From an uncultured Methanomicrobiales archaeon (GTDB lineage Archaea; Halobacteriota; Methanomicrobia; Methanomicrobiales; Methanospirillaceae), in assembly GCA_963758915.1 (NCBI GenBank), contig CAVWXH010000003.1:1-64000 (forward strand): a stretch of DNA of 64,000 nucleotides, written 5' to 3'. This document shows, piece after piece, positions 42,251 to 53,951 of the stretch (its first letter is position 1; every line of letters begins with the position of its first letter). Made by a program: the position numbers and the translations under genes. Under the pieces are notes generated by a model that worked only from the letters and a program-made list of their open reading frames with translations, had not been told where the DNA came from and ran no database searches.

Positions 42251-43858
42251 ATGGACGAACTTCAGATCTGCAGGGAAATAATTTCCCTCTTCTTCTCCCG
42301 TGATGACCTGGATATCAGCCAGGCACGGATCGAGGTCTGCAGGAAATATAAACTCAGGATAGTCCCGAAAAATTCTCTCCTGCTTTCGTATGCGCTTCCG
42401 GAGGAGCGCGAGATTCTCCGCCTTGTTCTCCAGGTAAAACCGACACGGACACTTTCAGGTGTTGCACCGGTCGCTGTCATGACCTCCCCCTCCCCCTGCC
42501 CGCATGGAAAATGCCTCCCCTGCCCGGGGGGTCCTGACCACCCGTTCCAGTCACCCCAGAGTTATACGGGGGAGGAGCCTGCAGCTATACGTGGCAGGGA
42601 ACACCAGTATGACCCGTATCAACAGGTAACAGCCCGGCTTTCACAGTTTGAGGCCCTTGGTCACCACGTAGGCAAGGCAGAACTGATCGTGATGGGGGGG
42701 ACCATAACGGCGCGCCCGAAGGAATACCAGGAATGGTTTGTCACCAGGTGCATCCAGGCAATGAATGACTATGACACCCTGAAACGATCCAGCCCCGTGC
42801 TCCCGCCAGCCGGAGAACCTGGTGAGCAGCAGGGTGAAGTCAACCGGGATGCCGTGTTTCTTGACAACGAACACGCCCGGGTGCGGTGTGTCGCCATCAC
42901 GTTTGAGACCCGCCCTGACTGGTGCAGGAAAGAGCACATTGAGTCGATGCTCGACCTTGGCGTTACGAAAGTGGAAATCGGGGTCCAGCATGTAGACGAC
43001 AGGGTCCTTACCGTCAACCGCCGGGGTTGCACAGTTCACGATACCACGGAGGCTAACCAGCTCCTCCGGGATGCCGGCCTCAAGGTCGGGTTCCATATCA
43101 TGCCAAATCTCCCGGGGAGCAGCATTGAAAAAGACCGGGAACTGTTCAGGACGTTATTCGATGATCCCCGATTCAGGCCTGATTTCCTGAAAATCTATCC
43201 AACGCTTGTTACACCTGGATCAGAGATCGAAGCACTCTGGAACGATGGCAGGTATTCACCCTACAGCGAGGAAGAGCTTATCGACCTCATCGCCTATGGA
43301 AAATCGCTCCTTCCGGTCTATGTCCGGCTGCAGCGGATCCAGCGTGATATCCCTGCCAAACTGATCGTCGCAGGATCAAAGCACAGTAATTTCCGGCAGC
43401 TGGCGTCTGACAGGCTTATCGCTAATGGCGGACAGTGCCGTTGTATCCGTTGCCGTGAGATCGGGAGGCATCCTTCCGGGGAGACACCGGAGCTCCTCAC
43501 CGAAACCTACGAGTGCGCCGGGGGGATTGAACACTTTATCTCGTCCGTTGCCGGGGACTCACTTGTCGGCTTTGCGCGCCTCCGGTTCCCTGGCACAATG
43601 TTCAGGAAAGAGCTGGAGGGAAGTGCACTGCTCCGTGAGCTCCACGTATACGGGAGCATCGTACCGATAGGCCATGATCCCTCGGGAGGGGAGCAGCAGC
43701 ACCGCAGTACCGGGTCTTCCCTGCTTTCCGCTGCAGAAGATCTCGCACGCGGGCAGGGGTTCCGGAGGATCTCGATCATGAGCGGGATCGGGGTCAGGCC
43801 GTATTACCGGAACCATGGTTATGAGCGGGCAGGACCATATATGCAGAAGGAACTCTGA
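42251..43858 (+). CDS. elp3: tRNA wobble-uridine acetyltransferase Elp3
   Basis: RTLSGVAPVAVM, CPHGKCLPCPGG, ETRPD and GNAT RELHVYG motifs. Confidence 0.95.
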   Translation: MDELQICREIISLFFSRDDLDISQARIEVCRKYKLRIVPKNSLLLSYALPEEREILRLVLQVKPTRTLSGVAPVAVMTSPSPCPHGKCLPCPGGPDHPFQSPQSYTGEEPAAIRGREHQYDPYQQVTARLSQFEALGHHVGKAELIVMGGTITARPKEYQEWFVTRCIQAMNDYDTLKRSSPVLPPAGEPGEQQGEVNRDAVFLDNEHARVRCVAITFETRPDWCRKEHIESMLDLGVTKVEIGVQHVDDRVLTVNRRGCTVHDTTEANQLLRDAGLKVGFHIMPNLPGSSIEKDRELFRTLFDDPRFRPDFLKIYPTLVTPGSEIEALWNDGRYSPYSEEELIDLIAYGKSLLPVYVRLQRIQRDIPAKLIVAGSKHSNFRQLASDRLIANGGQCRCIRCREIGRHPSGETPELLTETYECAGGIEHFISSVAGDSLVGFARLRFPGTMFRKELEGSALLRELHVYGSIVPIGHDPSGGEQQHRSTGSSLLSAAEDLARGQGFRRISIMSGIGVRPYYRNHGYERAGPYMQKEL

Positions 43859-45003
43859 TGAAATCGGCAACTCTCGAATTCCTGAGGCAAAGGTTCTCCG
43901 ACTATTACCGAAAGGAGACGGTTATCCCGCCTTCTTCTCTTTCCCAGCGGGAATGGGGGTTCGTTATGTTCGATGCTTCAGGAGAAACACGGATGCGGCG
44001 CCACATCGCTTTCGGGAGTACCCAGGAGATCGGGGAGTATATACGGTCGATCACCCCAGCGCACATCTATTATTCGAGCGCCTATTACGAGACTCCTGGC
44101 GCGCCAACCATGGACTCAAAGCACTGGGCAGGCGCTGACCTGATCTTTGACCTTGATGCGGACCACATTATCCGGGGGGCCTATGATGTGATGCTCACCC
44201 GCGTCCGGGAGGAGACCATAAAACTGCTCGCGATGCTGACCGATGAGCTCGGTTTTTCAGAGAAACAGATCGAGGTGGTCTTTTCGGGTGGCAGGGGGTA
44301 CCACATTCACGTAAAAGACCTTGCAGTCCGGGGATGGGGGAGTGCCGAACGTCGTGAACTGATCGACTATGTCTGCGGGATTGGGATCGACCCCGGGCAT
44401 ATCCTCGCAGTCCGTTCACCTTCACCCCGCGGATGGCGTCGTCGTTATATAGCTGCGATGTCCGAGTATCTTTCATGGTTGCAGGGGCTGCCCGTGGAGG
44501 AGGCAATGGCTGAACTCGAACGTCTGGAAGGAGTGGGGGAGGCATCAGCAGAGCGGTTCCTCGCAGCAGCACCGGATATGCTCCGGAAGATCAATGAGGG
44601 CATCCCGGTCAACCAGAATGACCGCGTTATCTGGCCGGTCATCCGGGCCCTGACCTCGGCACCGGATGGTGCATTTGCCACCCGCCTGAAACAGAAGGCA
44701 GCCCTTGCCGACGAACCGGTGACGACCGATGTGAAACGCCTGATACGACTGCCAACCTCGCTCCACGGGGGAAGCGGGTTTCGGGTGACACCGCTTTCAC
44801 CCGGTGAGCTCTCGGATTTCGATCCCCTTGTCGACGCGGTCGTTTTTGGCACGAAGGGCATCATGGTTGACTGCTCGGTAAAGAGTTCAATGAAACTTCT
44901 CGGGAACAGCTACGCGCTTGAAAAGTCAACCGTTACCGTGCCGGAGGCCCTCGCGGTGTTCCTCTGCTGCCGGGGCCTGGCAGAGATATCAGGGGGTGGA
45001 TAA
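43858..45003 (+). CDS. priS: DNA primase small subunit
   Basis: FDLDAD, FSGGRGYH and DVKRLIRLP motifs. Confidence 0.95.
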   Translation: MKSATLEFLRQRFSDYYRKETVIPPSSLSQREWGFVMFDASGETRMRRHIAFGSTQEIGEYIRSITPAHIYYSSAYYETPGAPTMDSKHWAGADLIFDLDADHIIRGAYDVMLTRVREETIKLLAMLTDELGFSEKQIEVVFSGGRGYHIHVKDLAVRGWGSAERRELIDYVCGIGIDPGHILAVRSPSPRGWRRRYIAAMSEYLSWLQGLPVEEAMAELERLEGVGEASAERFLAAAPDMLRKINEGIPVNQNDRVIWPVIRALTSAPDGAFATRLKQKAALADEPVTTDVKRLIRLPTSLHGGSGFRVTPLSPGELSDFDPLVDAVVFGTKGIMVDCSVKSSMKLLGNSYALEKSTVTVPEALAVFLCCRGLAEISGGG

Positions 45004-45006
45004 GCC

Positions 45007-45648
45007 GTGCACCTCGAGGAACTACGGGCAATTCTCCTTTCGGAGCGGGAGACCGGCAGGCTGACCAGTATCCCGTCGGATATTTTTGAAACGACAAAAA
45101 AGGAACTGGAGGAACTCACTTCTGATGTGCATGCAAACGAGGACCCGTTCAGCGATCGCACCCGTGTCCTGATTGAACGGGCGTCAAGTATACGTGAGAC
45201 ACTCCAGGACCTCTTCAGGATCAGGGCAGAGAAGATACTCGCCCTCTCGTCAGGCCATATAGAGGGTCACACGCTTGAAAAAGACGAAGTAAAGAAGATG
45301 CTCCCCGCCGAACGGGAGATGTTTGATGCCGTTACCGGGGCGATCGCTAAAAATCGCGAGATTTGCATTATTACCCGGCACGACCGCATACCCGTGACAC
45401 CAGGTGAGAACAAATTCCCCATTAACGGTGATGAAACTACCGGGGAGACGATTCCCGGGACTGGAGAGACGTCCCTGCCTGGCCAGGGATATATCCTCGC
45501 CCGGGTCCTTGACAATATGGAGCCATTTATGGGCGTGGATGGGAGAATTTATCACCTTATGAAAGAAGATATAGTGACACTTCCCCGGAGGAATGCGGAA
45601 GTTCTGAACGAACGCAACATAGTGTTAAATATCACTCCGGGAAAATAA
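45007..45648 (+). CDS. GINS-family (Gins51-like) replication protein
   Basis: Helical A-domain and C-terminal [21 protein letters not shown]-domain; conserved priS-gins-rpl44e context. Confidence 0.8.
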   Translation: MHLEELRAILLSERETGRLTSIPSDIFETTKKELEELTSDVHANEDPFSDRTRVLIERASSIRETLQDLFRIRAEKILALSSGHIEGHTLEKDEVKKMLPAEREMFDAVTGAIAKNREICIITRHDRIPVTPGENKFPINGDETTGETIPGTGETSLPGQGYILARVLDNMEPFMGVDGRIYHLMKEDIVTLPRRNAEVLNERNIVLNITPGK

Positions 45649-45686
45649 TACTGGTATTTGTTACTATTTCCATAGGTGTAAATCTC

Positions 45687-45965
45687 ATGAAAATGCCCGC
45701 CAAATTTAAGACCTACTGCCCATTCTGCAGGAATCATCAGGAGCACGAGGTCGAGAAGGTAAAGAAGAGCAAGACGACCGGGCTCCACTGGATTGACCGG
45801 CAGAAGGCACGAAGAGGCCATGTCGGGAATATGGGGAAATTCTCGAAAGTACCCGGTGGGGACAAGCCGACCAAGAAGATCAATGTCCGTTACCGGTGCA
45901 AGACCTGCGGGAAAGCACATCTCCGCCCGGGATACAGAATTGCGAAATTTGAACTGACGGAGTGA
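45687..45965 (+). CDS. rpl44e: 50S ribosomal protein L44e
   Basis: TYCPFCRNH...KPTKK...CKTCGK. Confidence 0.96.
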   Translation: MKMPAKFKTYCPFCRNHQEHEVEKVKKSKTTGLHWIDRQKARRGHVGNMGKFSKVPGGDKPTKKINVRYRCKTCGKAHLRPGYRIAKFELTE

Positions 45966-45973
45966 GATGCGAT

Positions 45974-46162
45974 ATGGTACGCCAGCACAGGGAAAACAGG
46001 AGTGTTTTTATCAAGGTCAAGTGCCCGGACTGCGAAAATGAGCAGCTGGTCTTTGACAAGGCATCCACGAAAGTGGATTGTGTAGTATGCGGAAAAGTGC
46101 TCGCCGAGCCAACTGGTGGCAAGGCAGGCATCCAGGTTGAAAAACTTGCAGTCTACAAGTGA
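45974..46162 (+). CDS. rps27e: 30S ribosomal protein S27e
   Basis: [10 protein letters not shown]...[14 protein letters not shown]. Confidence 0.96.
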   Translation: MVRQHRENRSVFIKVKCPDCENEQLVFDKASTKVDCVVCGKVLAEPTGGKAGIQVEKLAVYK

Positions 46163-46171
46163 GTACGGCAT

Positions 46172-46961
46172 ATGAAAGGTGAAGAATGGCCGGAGGAAGG
46201 GGATCTCGTCGTCTGCACAGTCCAGCATGTGAAGGACTTCGTTGCGTTCGTTTCACTCGATGAGTATAACGGGCGGGAAGGTCTGATCCCCATCTCCGAG
46301 ATCGCGACGGGATGGATCAAGTACATCAGGGACCATATCAGGGAAGGCCAGAAGGTGGTCTGCAAGGTCCTCAATGTTGACACGTCACGAGGCCATATCG
46401 ACCTTTCATTAAAGGATGTCAATGAGCACCAGCGCCGGGAAACGATCCGTGAGTGGAAGAACGAGTCGAAGGCCAGCAAGTGGATCAGTTTCGCCGCGGA
46501 AGCGTCAGGCGGATCTGCAGAGGCGATCGAAACCGCATTATACAAAAAATACGGGGACCTGTATACTGCATTTGAAGATATTGTCATGAACGGGGCAGAC
46601 GTCGTAAGGGAACTCGGGCTCCCGGAGGCGTCTGTCGATGCCCTGGTTGCCGTTGCCAAAGAGAACGTCAGGATCCCGAAAGTCACGGTGGCCGGGAATA
46701 TCATCCTTACCTCCCCAAAGCCGGATGGAGTAAACATTATCCGCCGGGCCCTCCGCAGTGCCGAACCAAAGATCCAGGACGTGGAGATCGAACTCACCTA
46801 TATCGGTGCACCGGCCTACCGGATCAAGGTCACCGCACCTGATTACAAGACTTGCCGAGAAGGCAATCGAAAGGGCCGCAAGTGCAGCGATTGGCGTTGT
46901 GGAACGGGCAGGCGGCGAAGGAAAGTTCGTTAAAAAGCCGAAATCCGGTAAGAGTTCATGA
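46172..46961 (+). CDS. eif2a: Translation initiation factor 2 alpha (frameshift near 46850)
   Basis: S1 domain WPEEGDLVVCTV, GHIDLSLK, GAPAYRI; C-terminus AEKAIERA in another frame. Confidence 0.95.
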
Positions 46962-47119
46962 GTGGTCATATCAGGCGTTGCAGCAAGGACAGGACCTATA
47001 CTCTTAACATGCAGTGTCCTGTCTGCGGTGACGCCACAAGGACTGCACACCCGGCACGTTTTTCACCTGAAGACCGGCTTGGGGAGTACCGGAGACGGGT
47101 TAGAGAATGGAAGATATAA
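46958..47119 (+). CDS. nop10: H/ACA RNP protein Nop10 (absent from the ORF track)
   Basis: Manual translation: MSGHIRRCSKDRTYTLNMQCPVCGDATRTAHPARFSPEDRLGEYRRRVREWKI. Confidence 0.95.
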   Translation: MSGHIRRCSKDRTYTLNMQCPVCGDATRTAHPARFSPEDRLGEYRRRVREWKI

Positions 47120-47862
47120 CAATCCGCTTTCTTGATGGTTTTTCGAAGGATGAGGTGGATTCACCCGTTCTTATCGAAGGGCTGCCCGGCATTGGTCATG
47201 TCGGAAAACTTGTGGCAGAACATATCATTCATGAGCTGGGCGCGAAAAAAATCGCCCAGATCCATTCGATCTATTTTCCTCCCCAGGTGATTATCGGGGA
47301 GGACAGTGTAATCCGTCTCGCAAATAACGAGATTTATTTCTATAAAGATGATACCCACCAGATCCTCTTCCTTGTCGGTGATTTCCAGAGCACCTCAAAC
47401 GAAGGGCATTACCTGCTCGCCGAACAGTACCTGAAAATCGCTGAAGAGTTCGGGGTCAGGCGGATCTATACCCTGGGGGGATTCGGTGTCGGTCACCTTG
47501 TGGAAGAACCGAGAGTGCTTGCCGCAGTAAACCGGATTGAGTTAAAAGAAGAGGCGGCAGAAGCCGGAGCTGTCTTTGAAAATGGTGAACCGGTAGGCGG
47601 AATTATCGGGGCCGCAGGACTCCTCCTGGGCCTGAGTGCGTACCATAACATCGATGGGATATGCCTGATGGGGGAGACTTCAGGGTACCTCGTCGACCCT
47701 AAAAGCGCTACCAGCCTGTTAAAAGTCCTTTCATCACTTATCGGTATCGGGATCGATTCAACGACACTCGTAGAGCGGGGGGTCGATATGGAACGGATGG
47801 TCCAGAAACTTATCGAGGGCGAACAAGCAGTACATGACGAAGAACTAAGGTACATCGGTTAA
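47107..47862 (+). CDS. PAC2-family proteasome assembly chaperone
   Basis: EGLPGIGHVGKL, FPPQV and GETSGYLVDP motifs. Confidence 0.9.
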   Translation: MEDITIRFLDGFSKDEVDSPVLIEGLPGIGHVGKLVAEHIIHELGAKKIAQIHSIYFPPQVIIGEDSVIRLANNEIYFYKDDTHQILFLVGDFQSTSNEGHYLLAEQYLKIAEEFGVRRIYTLGGFGVGHLVEEPRVLAAVNRIELKEEAAEAGAVFENGEPVGGIIGAAGLLLGLSAYHNIDGICLMGETSGYLVDPKSATSLLKVLSSLIGIGIDSTTLVERGVDMERMVQKLIEGEQAVHDEELRYIG

Positions 47863-47961
47863 AGAACCGGGTCAGTGTATGGGATCTTTTCCAGAGGTCA
47901 GAGCACTGCAATTGGTTTGGATCCACCAGACCGTATAAAAAAAGGATACTATTTTTGATCT

Positions 47962-48937
47962 CTATACGCTGATCCTTCCTGCGAGTTGTCCCTGCGGGTC
48001 GTAGAGTGAGGCGGTATCTCCCTGTGGGTTCCAGAAATCAACGCCATACGGATAATAGAGCTCGCTGCTCGTGACCATACCATCCGTTCCGAAATAGACG
48101 GTCAGGGTTGAATACGGGTTAAGCACGTAGGTGAAGGTTGATCCACCACCCAGGGGGAAGTCGATAAAGGTAAGGGCATTGCCCCGGCTGTTCGTTATCT
48201 TCCATCCGGTCATGACCACCGGTGATCTTCCCGTATTTGTGATCTTCACATACTTGCCCTGCAGGTTCAGTTCTGTTACAGAAACCCCTGCATTCTGGCC
48301 TGTTACCTCACTTCCTGGCGTTGGTACCTGGGTGGGGAATGTTGTTGAGGGCAGGTAATAGGGGGTAGGCGGCACGGTGATCGGCTTATTATCGGTGAAA
48401 ACCGGCGTAGGTACCTGGGTGGGGAATGTTGCTGTGGGCAGGTAATAGGGGGTAGGCGGCCGGGTGATCGGCTTGTGATAGATGACCGGGTCAGCGTATG
48501 TCGGCACCGGTTGCGTCGTCGGGGTGGGTGTTTCAGTACCAGTTGGGGTAACCGGCACATATCCATTGGTAGTATAGACTCTTAAAAAGCCTGATCCGGT
48601 CTGCCTGGCTGAGCGTCGAAGGGTAGGTAGTGGCAGCAGCCTGCTTTCCAGTCATCTTCCCCCATGCGATAGCCTGTTCAGGTGAAGCAGGAGTGAACCA
48701 CGCTGTATCGTCAGAAGGTTCATACGAGGGTGCTGGCAGGGGAAGTGTTCCTGTGCTGTCGGCCGGCCCGGTCCATGGATGTTGCGCTGTCGTTTTAAAC
48801 CATGCCATAACATCGTCCAGGGAAGCGGGAGTGAACCAGGAAGTGTCATCGCTCGCACTTACCGGCAGGACGAACAATCCAAAAAGGAGGAGGATTCCAA
48901 CTATCAATCCAATACGGGCCCTTGTACTCATTTTCAT
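47962..48937 (-). CDS. Secreted lamin-tail-domain protein with Pro/Thr linker (frameshift near 48560)
   Basis: Signal peptide; duplicated SDDTxWFTPAS and PITxPPTPYYLP.TFPTQVPTP; C-terminal YVKITNTG...GWKI...WNPQGDTASLYD. Confidence 0.8.
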
Positions 48938-49192
48938 TGTAAAACCTCTTGTTATTCAGGGAAAGGCAGGATTATTGGAATTCCTGACCAATAGTATCGT
49001 TTTTGTACACCGTACTACTAAAAACCTCTTAATACGCCAGTATTTTCTTAAAAACTATCTGAAATGGTGATAAACGGTTAATATAAATACCAGGTTTAAA
49101 AGCGAGTCATTGAATGAACAATGTCCCCTGTTTCTGACAAACAGGGTCGATATTATGAGTTTTTATGTCCAGGAAGGTACCTATCCTGTATT

Positions 49193-50329
49193 ATGCAGGT
49201 AAACGCAGACCTCCATATCCATTCCCGTTTTTCGATGGCCACCTCCCCAAGGATGGTGCCGGGTAACATTATCGATGCCTGCGTAATGAAAGGGATAACG
49301 GTCCTTGGCAGCGGCGATGCACTCCATCCCGAATGGCAGCATCTCTGGGCAGATTACATAGATAACAATGCGGGGATCCTTATCATCCCTACCGCAGAGG
49401 TGGAGGACCAGGACAGGGTACATCACCTCATCATTATGCAGGATTTCGAGGGATTTTCTGAGCTTCGTTCGATGCTCATCCCATTCAGCAGGGATATCCT
49501 TACCGGGGGACGTCCCCATATACGGCTCCCGGGCAGCCGGATTGCCGGGATGGTCCATCAACTCGGTGGCATGATCGGCCCTGCCCATGCATTCACCCCC
49601 TGGACTTCTCTTTTTGCATATTATGACCAGGTAGAGGAATGTTACGGCCGGGAGAAGGTGGACTTTCTTGAACTGGGCCTTTCAGCCGATAATTCCTATG
49701 GGGTGGCAATACCCGACCTTTACAAGGTACCCTTTATTACAAATTCCGATGCCCACAGCCCGGACCCTGCAAAATGCGGGCGGGAGTTTACAAGGTTATC
49801 CATAAAGCGGCGTACCGTTGGGGGTGTGCTCTCGGCAGTAAAGTCCGGAGATATTGAAATGAATGTCGGGCTTTTTCCGGAAGAAGGAAAATACAATCGC
49901 ACCGCCTGTACCCGGTGCTACGAGCAGTACACCCCTGCACAGGCCGAAGGATTCCGGTGGCGGTGCCCGAAAGACCGCGGGTTGGTCAAGAAAGGAGTCC
50001 GTGACAGGGCCCGGGAGCTCTCCAGCGGCACCCCGGTAAAGCGGCCACCCTACCTCCACATACTACCGCTCGGTGAGATTATCAGGATAACGGAGAACGC
50101 CTCGTCAACCACTACAAAAAAGTGCATTGCTACGTATACACAGCTCATTTCGGCTTTTGGCAACGAGATTGCGATCCTGACCACCACACCGGTCACGGAG
50201 ATCAGGGAGGTTGACAACAGGATAGCGGATGCAATTGATGCGTTCCGCAACAACCGGATCTCTCTACAGCCAGGCGGTGGCGGACGTTTTGGGACCTTTA
50301 CCCTGGACCCTCCCGGGTATTCAGGTTAA
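49193..50329 (+). CDS. PHP-family hydrolase (TIGR00375 / endonuclease Q-like)
   Basis: ADLHIHSRFS, GPAHAFTPW, ELGLSAD, NSDAHS and GKYNRTAC motifs. Confidence 0.88.
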   Translation: MQVNADLHIHSRFSMATSPRMVPGNIIDACVMKGITVLGSGDALHPEWQHLWADYIDNNAGILIIPTAEVEDQDRVHHLIIMQDFEGFSELRSMLIPFSRDILTGGRPHIRLPGSRIAGMVHQLGGMIGPAHAFTPWTSLFAYYDQVEECYGREKVDFLELGLSADNSYGVAIPDLYKVPFITNSDAHSPDPAKCGREFTRLSIKRRTVGGVLSAVKSGDIEMNVGLFPEEGKYNRTACTRCYEQYTPAQAEGFRWRCPKDRGLVKKGVRDRARELSSGTPVKRPPYLHILPLGEIIRITENASSTTTKKCIATYTQLISAFGNEIAILTTTPVTEIREVDNRIADAIDAFRNNRISLQPGGGGRFGTFTLDPPGYSG

Positions 50330-50434
50330 TCCTCTTCACCATCATACGCGACATCCCCTGATTCATGAGAGAAGTCCTCCGGAGTACTGGCGACTGAGTA
50401 ACTATTATTGGAGTTGCAGGACAATCTGATCAGG

Positions 50435-50608
50435 ATGTTGAAGGTTCACCGGGATATCTGTGGCTACTGTGGATGCTGCGTATCGGTCTGTAAAGAGGGG
50501 GCGCTCGAACTGATCGATGCGTACCTCGAAGTGGGACCGGGTTGCACGGACTGTGGTGTCTGCGCAAAGGCATGTCCGGTCGGGGCACTGGAGGTCGAAC
50601 GCGAATGA
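50435..50608 (+). CDS. 2x[4Fe-4S] ferredoxin
   Basis: [11 protein letters not shown] and [12 protein letters not shown]; coupled to the GGR gene. Confidence 0.92.
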   Translation: MLKVHRDICGYCGCCVSVCKEGALELIDAYLEVGPGCTDCGVCAKACPVGALEVERE

Positions 50609-51800
50609 AGAAGCATTATGACCTCCTCATGATCGGGGGAGGGCCGGCGGGGGCCATTGCCGCAAGGACTGCTGCAAAGGCAGGACTTTCTGCCTGTATT
50701 GTTGAGAAACGGCCTGCAATCGGGGCTCCGGTGCGTTGTGCTGAGGGTATCGGAATAGAAAGTCTGCAGGAGTTTGTTGAACCCAAACCCTGTTTCATCT
50801 CAGCCGAAATGCATCGTGCCGCGGTCGTTGCACCTGACGGCACAACCATGATGCTTGACTCAGAGAGTGCCGGCGGAAAAGTTGGTTATGTTCTTGACGG
50901 AAAGTGTTTGACCGTGAACTCGTCTGGCAGGCAGCTGATGCCGGGGCAGACGTGGCAGTCAAAACGCGGGCAAGTGCCCCGATCATGAATGACGGAAAGA
51001 TCTGCGGGGCGACCCTGGAGTGCGGCGGGACAAAGACCGATGTAATGGCTGACGTCGTCGTGGCAGCCGACGGTGTGGAGTCAAAATTCTCTAAATGGTG
51101 CGGGATCGACACAACAGTGCCGCTCCGGGAGATCATGTCTTCTGCGCAGTACATCGTGACTGATATCGATATCGACCCTCACTGCACGGTATTCTGCCTT
51201 GGAAATAACGTGGCCCCCCAGGGATATCTCTGGGTATTCCCGAAAGGTGACCGAACGGCAAATGTCGGTATCGGGATCAGCGGGTTAAAAAGCGGTAGCG
51301 GTCACCGGGCTAAGGACTATCTTGACAAGTATATGGCCTCAAAATTCCCCAACGGAAAGACCATCGAGTGGATTGTCGGGGGAGTATCGGTCTGCAGGCC
51401 GCTTGCCTGTACCGTGGCAGACGGACTCATTATCGCGGGTGACGCAGCCCGCGTAGTAGACCCGCTTACGGGAGGCGGGATCTACAACGCAATGTACACC
51501 GGCGACCTTGCAGCAAAGGTCGCAATTGACGCGATCGAAAACGGGGACACCAGCAAAAAAGCGCTCATGCCCTATGACACGCAGTGGCGGGAATCAAAGA
51601 TGGGGAAGACCATCGAGAGGAACTACCATATCAAGGAATATATGATCAACCTCACGGACGCAAAACTGAACGCGATCATCCAGACCGCCACATCTCTCAA
51701 CTTAAAAGAGTTCTCCACGCTCCAGCTGGTAAAAGAGCTGATCAAGAGGGACCCAAAACTCATCTTCGAGCTGGCCTTTTTAAAAGACCTTATAACATAA
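50605..51800 (+). CDS. Digeranylgeranylglycerophospholipid reductase (frameshift near 50897)
   Basis: [21 protein letters not shown] and GDAA...PLTGGGI motifs. Confidence 0.93.
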
Positions 51801-51981
51801 TTTTTCCAGACTGTTGTTCCGGGTTATGTCCCAGATACAAGATTCCCCCATTAAATCCATTTTTTAAAGGAATCGGGAGGTTCATCGTCACTGCCCTTAC
51901 CGGCCGGCATTCCTTTTAGTGGGTGCCTTTCTCTCCCTGCCACCGAAACCACCTAAAATAAATAACATCATACTAGTAATC

Positions 51982-52761
51982 ATGGATTTGATGAAGAAAT
52001 GGGGCATTATACTTAAGGCACTGGTTATCGTCCTCGTTCTCCTCGGGGTGAGGACAATGATCAATATACTCGGGTATGATACGGTACCGATTACCCCGAT
52101 TGTAGGTGCTTTTATCACGGGTGCGATATTCACCATCGCGGTAATTTTCACCGGCACATTCACCGATTTCAAAGAGAGCGAGAAAATTGCGGGTGATATG
52201 GCTTCAGCGCTCAAGGCGCTTTATAATGATTCGATTGTCATCCCCCTCGAGGACCAGACGCCACTGGTAACGATGAGGAGTCACATCCGGGCACTCCTGA
52301 ACACCATCAATGCGTCCTTCATGGAAAACAACTTCAACCCACGTGCAATCAACCACGCGATGGATATTGTAACCGATGATATCCGGGTACTTGGCAAACT
52401 GAATGTGGCGCCCCCGACTCTTGCAAAACTGAGAATCGAACTGGGTGCACTCGATAAACTGGTCAACCGTGTCGATGTTATTACCAGAACGGATTTTATC
52501 CCGGCAGCATACGCAATAGCCGAGATTGCAACTGCGGCAGTGATCCTTGTAATGCTCTTTGTTAAAAATGACCCCTACCTTGAGGGTTCGGTGATTTTCG
52601 TGTTTCTCAGCCTGATGTTGATTGCCCTCGTCTTCCTAATCAAAGACATGGATAACCCCTTCGAATTTCACCAGGGTACGAGTGCTGATGTGGATATTGA
52701 CACACTTCTCAACCTTGGAACCTACTTCGAAGAAAGGGAAGCAAAACTTGGGAAGAGTTAA
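51982..52761 (+). CDS. Bestrophin-like/DUF4239-type membrane protein
   Basis: Two TM pairs and C-terminal IKDMDNPF. Confidence 0.6.
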   Translation: MDLMKKWGIILKALVIVLVLLGVRTMINILGYDTVPITPIVGAFITGAIFTIAVIFTGTFTDFKESEKIAGDMASALKALYNDSIVIPLEDQTPLVTMRSHIRALLNTINASFMENNFNPRAINHAMDIVTDDIRVLGKLNVAPPTLAKLRIELGALDKLVNRVDVITRTDFIPAAYAIAEIATAAVILVMLFVKNDPYLEGSVIFVFLSLMLIALVFLIKDMDNPFEFHQGTSADVDIDTLLNLGTYFEEREAKLGKS

Positions 52762-52777
52762 TACTATTCCTTTTTCC

Positions 52778-53040
52778 GGGTATGTTTAACCCTGCGTGTT
52801 TAAAAAAAAGGAAGGGAAAATACGAAAAACAGGAGGGCGTTTTACCCCCTCCCTGTCCCAGCCCCTGAAAGATATCCAGCAGGCAATGGTTCAACTGCAG
52901 TAACCCTGAAAATTTCAGAGATGTAACGGTCATGTCCTATCCCAACCAGGGAGCCAAAGCGGCAGGCGGGACCCCGGGAGCGTGGGTAAATTTGGGAATA
53001 CTCTAATCTCCAATATAAATTTGAGCGTGTGAACGGAGCC
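52778..53040 (-). mobile_element. MITE copy 6 with degenerate TIRs and near-TSD
   Basis: Ends gggtatgtttaa...gtgaacggagcc; flanks ctttttcc and ctttcttcc; core motifs in reverse. Confidence 0.8.
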
Positions 53041-53245
53041 CTTTCTTCCCTTTTGTATTGTCAGGACAGATAACTACCCCTGGCGTAACAACCCTGATGA
53101 ATTATGGGGGATCCTTTGTGTTTGACGGTGAATGTTCCGCTTAGGGAAGATTATGCATCCATACGATGCTCCTTAAACATGTGGCCATTCATCCAGCCGG
53201 GATAGGCGGCGTACCTAAAAATAGAGGGTCCGATCATTACTGCAT

Positions 53246-53707
53246 ATGCAAGGATACCTGGCACTCCTCTGTTTGCTGTTGGCTGCGGCACTTCTCTTTA
53301 GCGGATGTGGGATGCTCATAAAAGACCCGGATATTAAGGTTAAAAATGTTGCACTGGAATCCGCAGACCTTTCCAGTGTAAACCTTCTGGTAACGCTGAG
53401 TATTGACAACCCGAACCCGCTGGGTATTAACATTAAATCCCTGGTTTTTGACGTATATTACCAGAAAGGGGATGAATGGAACTATATTTCGCATGGTGAA
53501 ACAGGGAGTTTCAGCCTTAAACCAGGAATGAATGAAGTGACAGTCCCGGTGAGCATAAAAACATCTGCAATTCCGGGTGCCGTTGTTGGTGCACTTGCCC
53601 GGGGAGAGATCACCCTTAAGATTACCGGTACAGCATCACCGGATTTCTTCGGTATTGCCCCGCAGATACCATTCTCAACCGTCACCACGGTCCCTTTGAA
53701 ATTGTGA
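53246..53707 (+). CDS. LEA type 2 (WHy domain) lipoprotein
   Basis: Lipobox FSGC and IDNPNPLGI motif. Confidence 0.85.
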   Translation: MQGYLALLCLLLAAALLFSGCGMLIKDPDIKVKNVALESADLSSVNLLVTLSIDNPNPLGINIKSLVFDVYYQKGDEWNYISHGETGSFSLKPGMNEVTVPVSIKTSAIPGAVVGALARGEITLKITGTASPDFFGIAPQIPFSTVTTVPLKL

Positions 53708-53951
53708 GGATACACCAGTGAACCCGGAGGTCTGGAAAAGACTTCCCATTTTTTCCTGGCAGGACCGGACTAAAATTGTCCTTATAGATTAGCTGCCATT
53801 ACTGCCTGTTAGAACCGGATCTGCCCGGATTACTACCAGGTTTTTTGTTGACCAGGTATCAGGGAGGTTTTCCTGTACATCCCCCTGCTATTGTCCGGGG
53901 CATCAGGTCAGGTACAGCAGGTTAATATTCGATCTGGCGAAATAAGTACCA

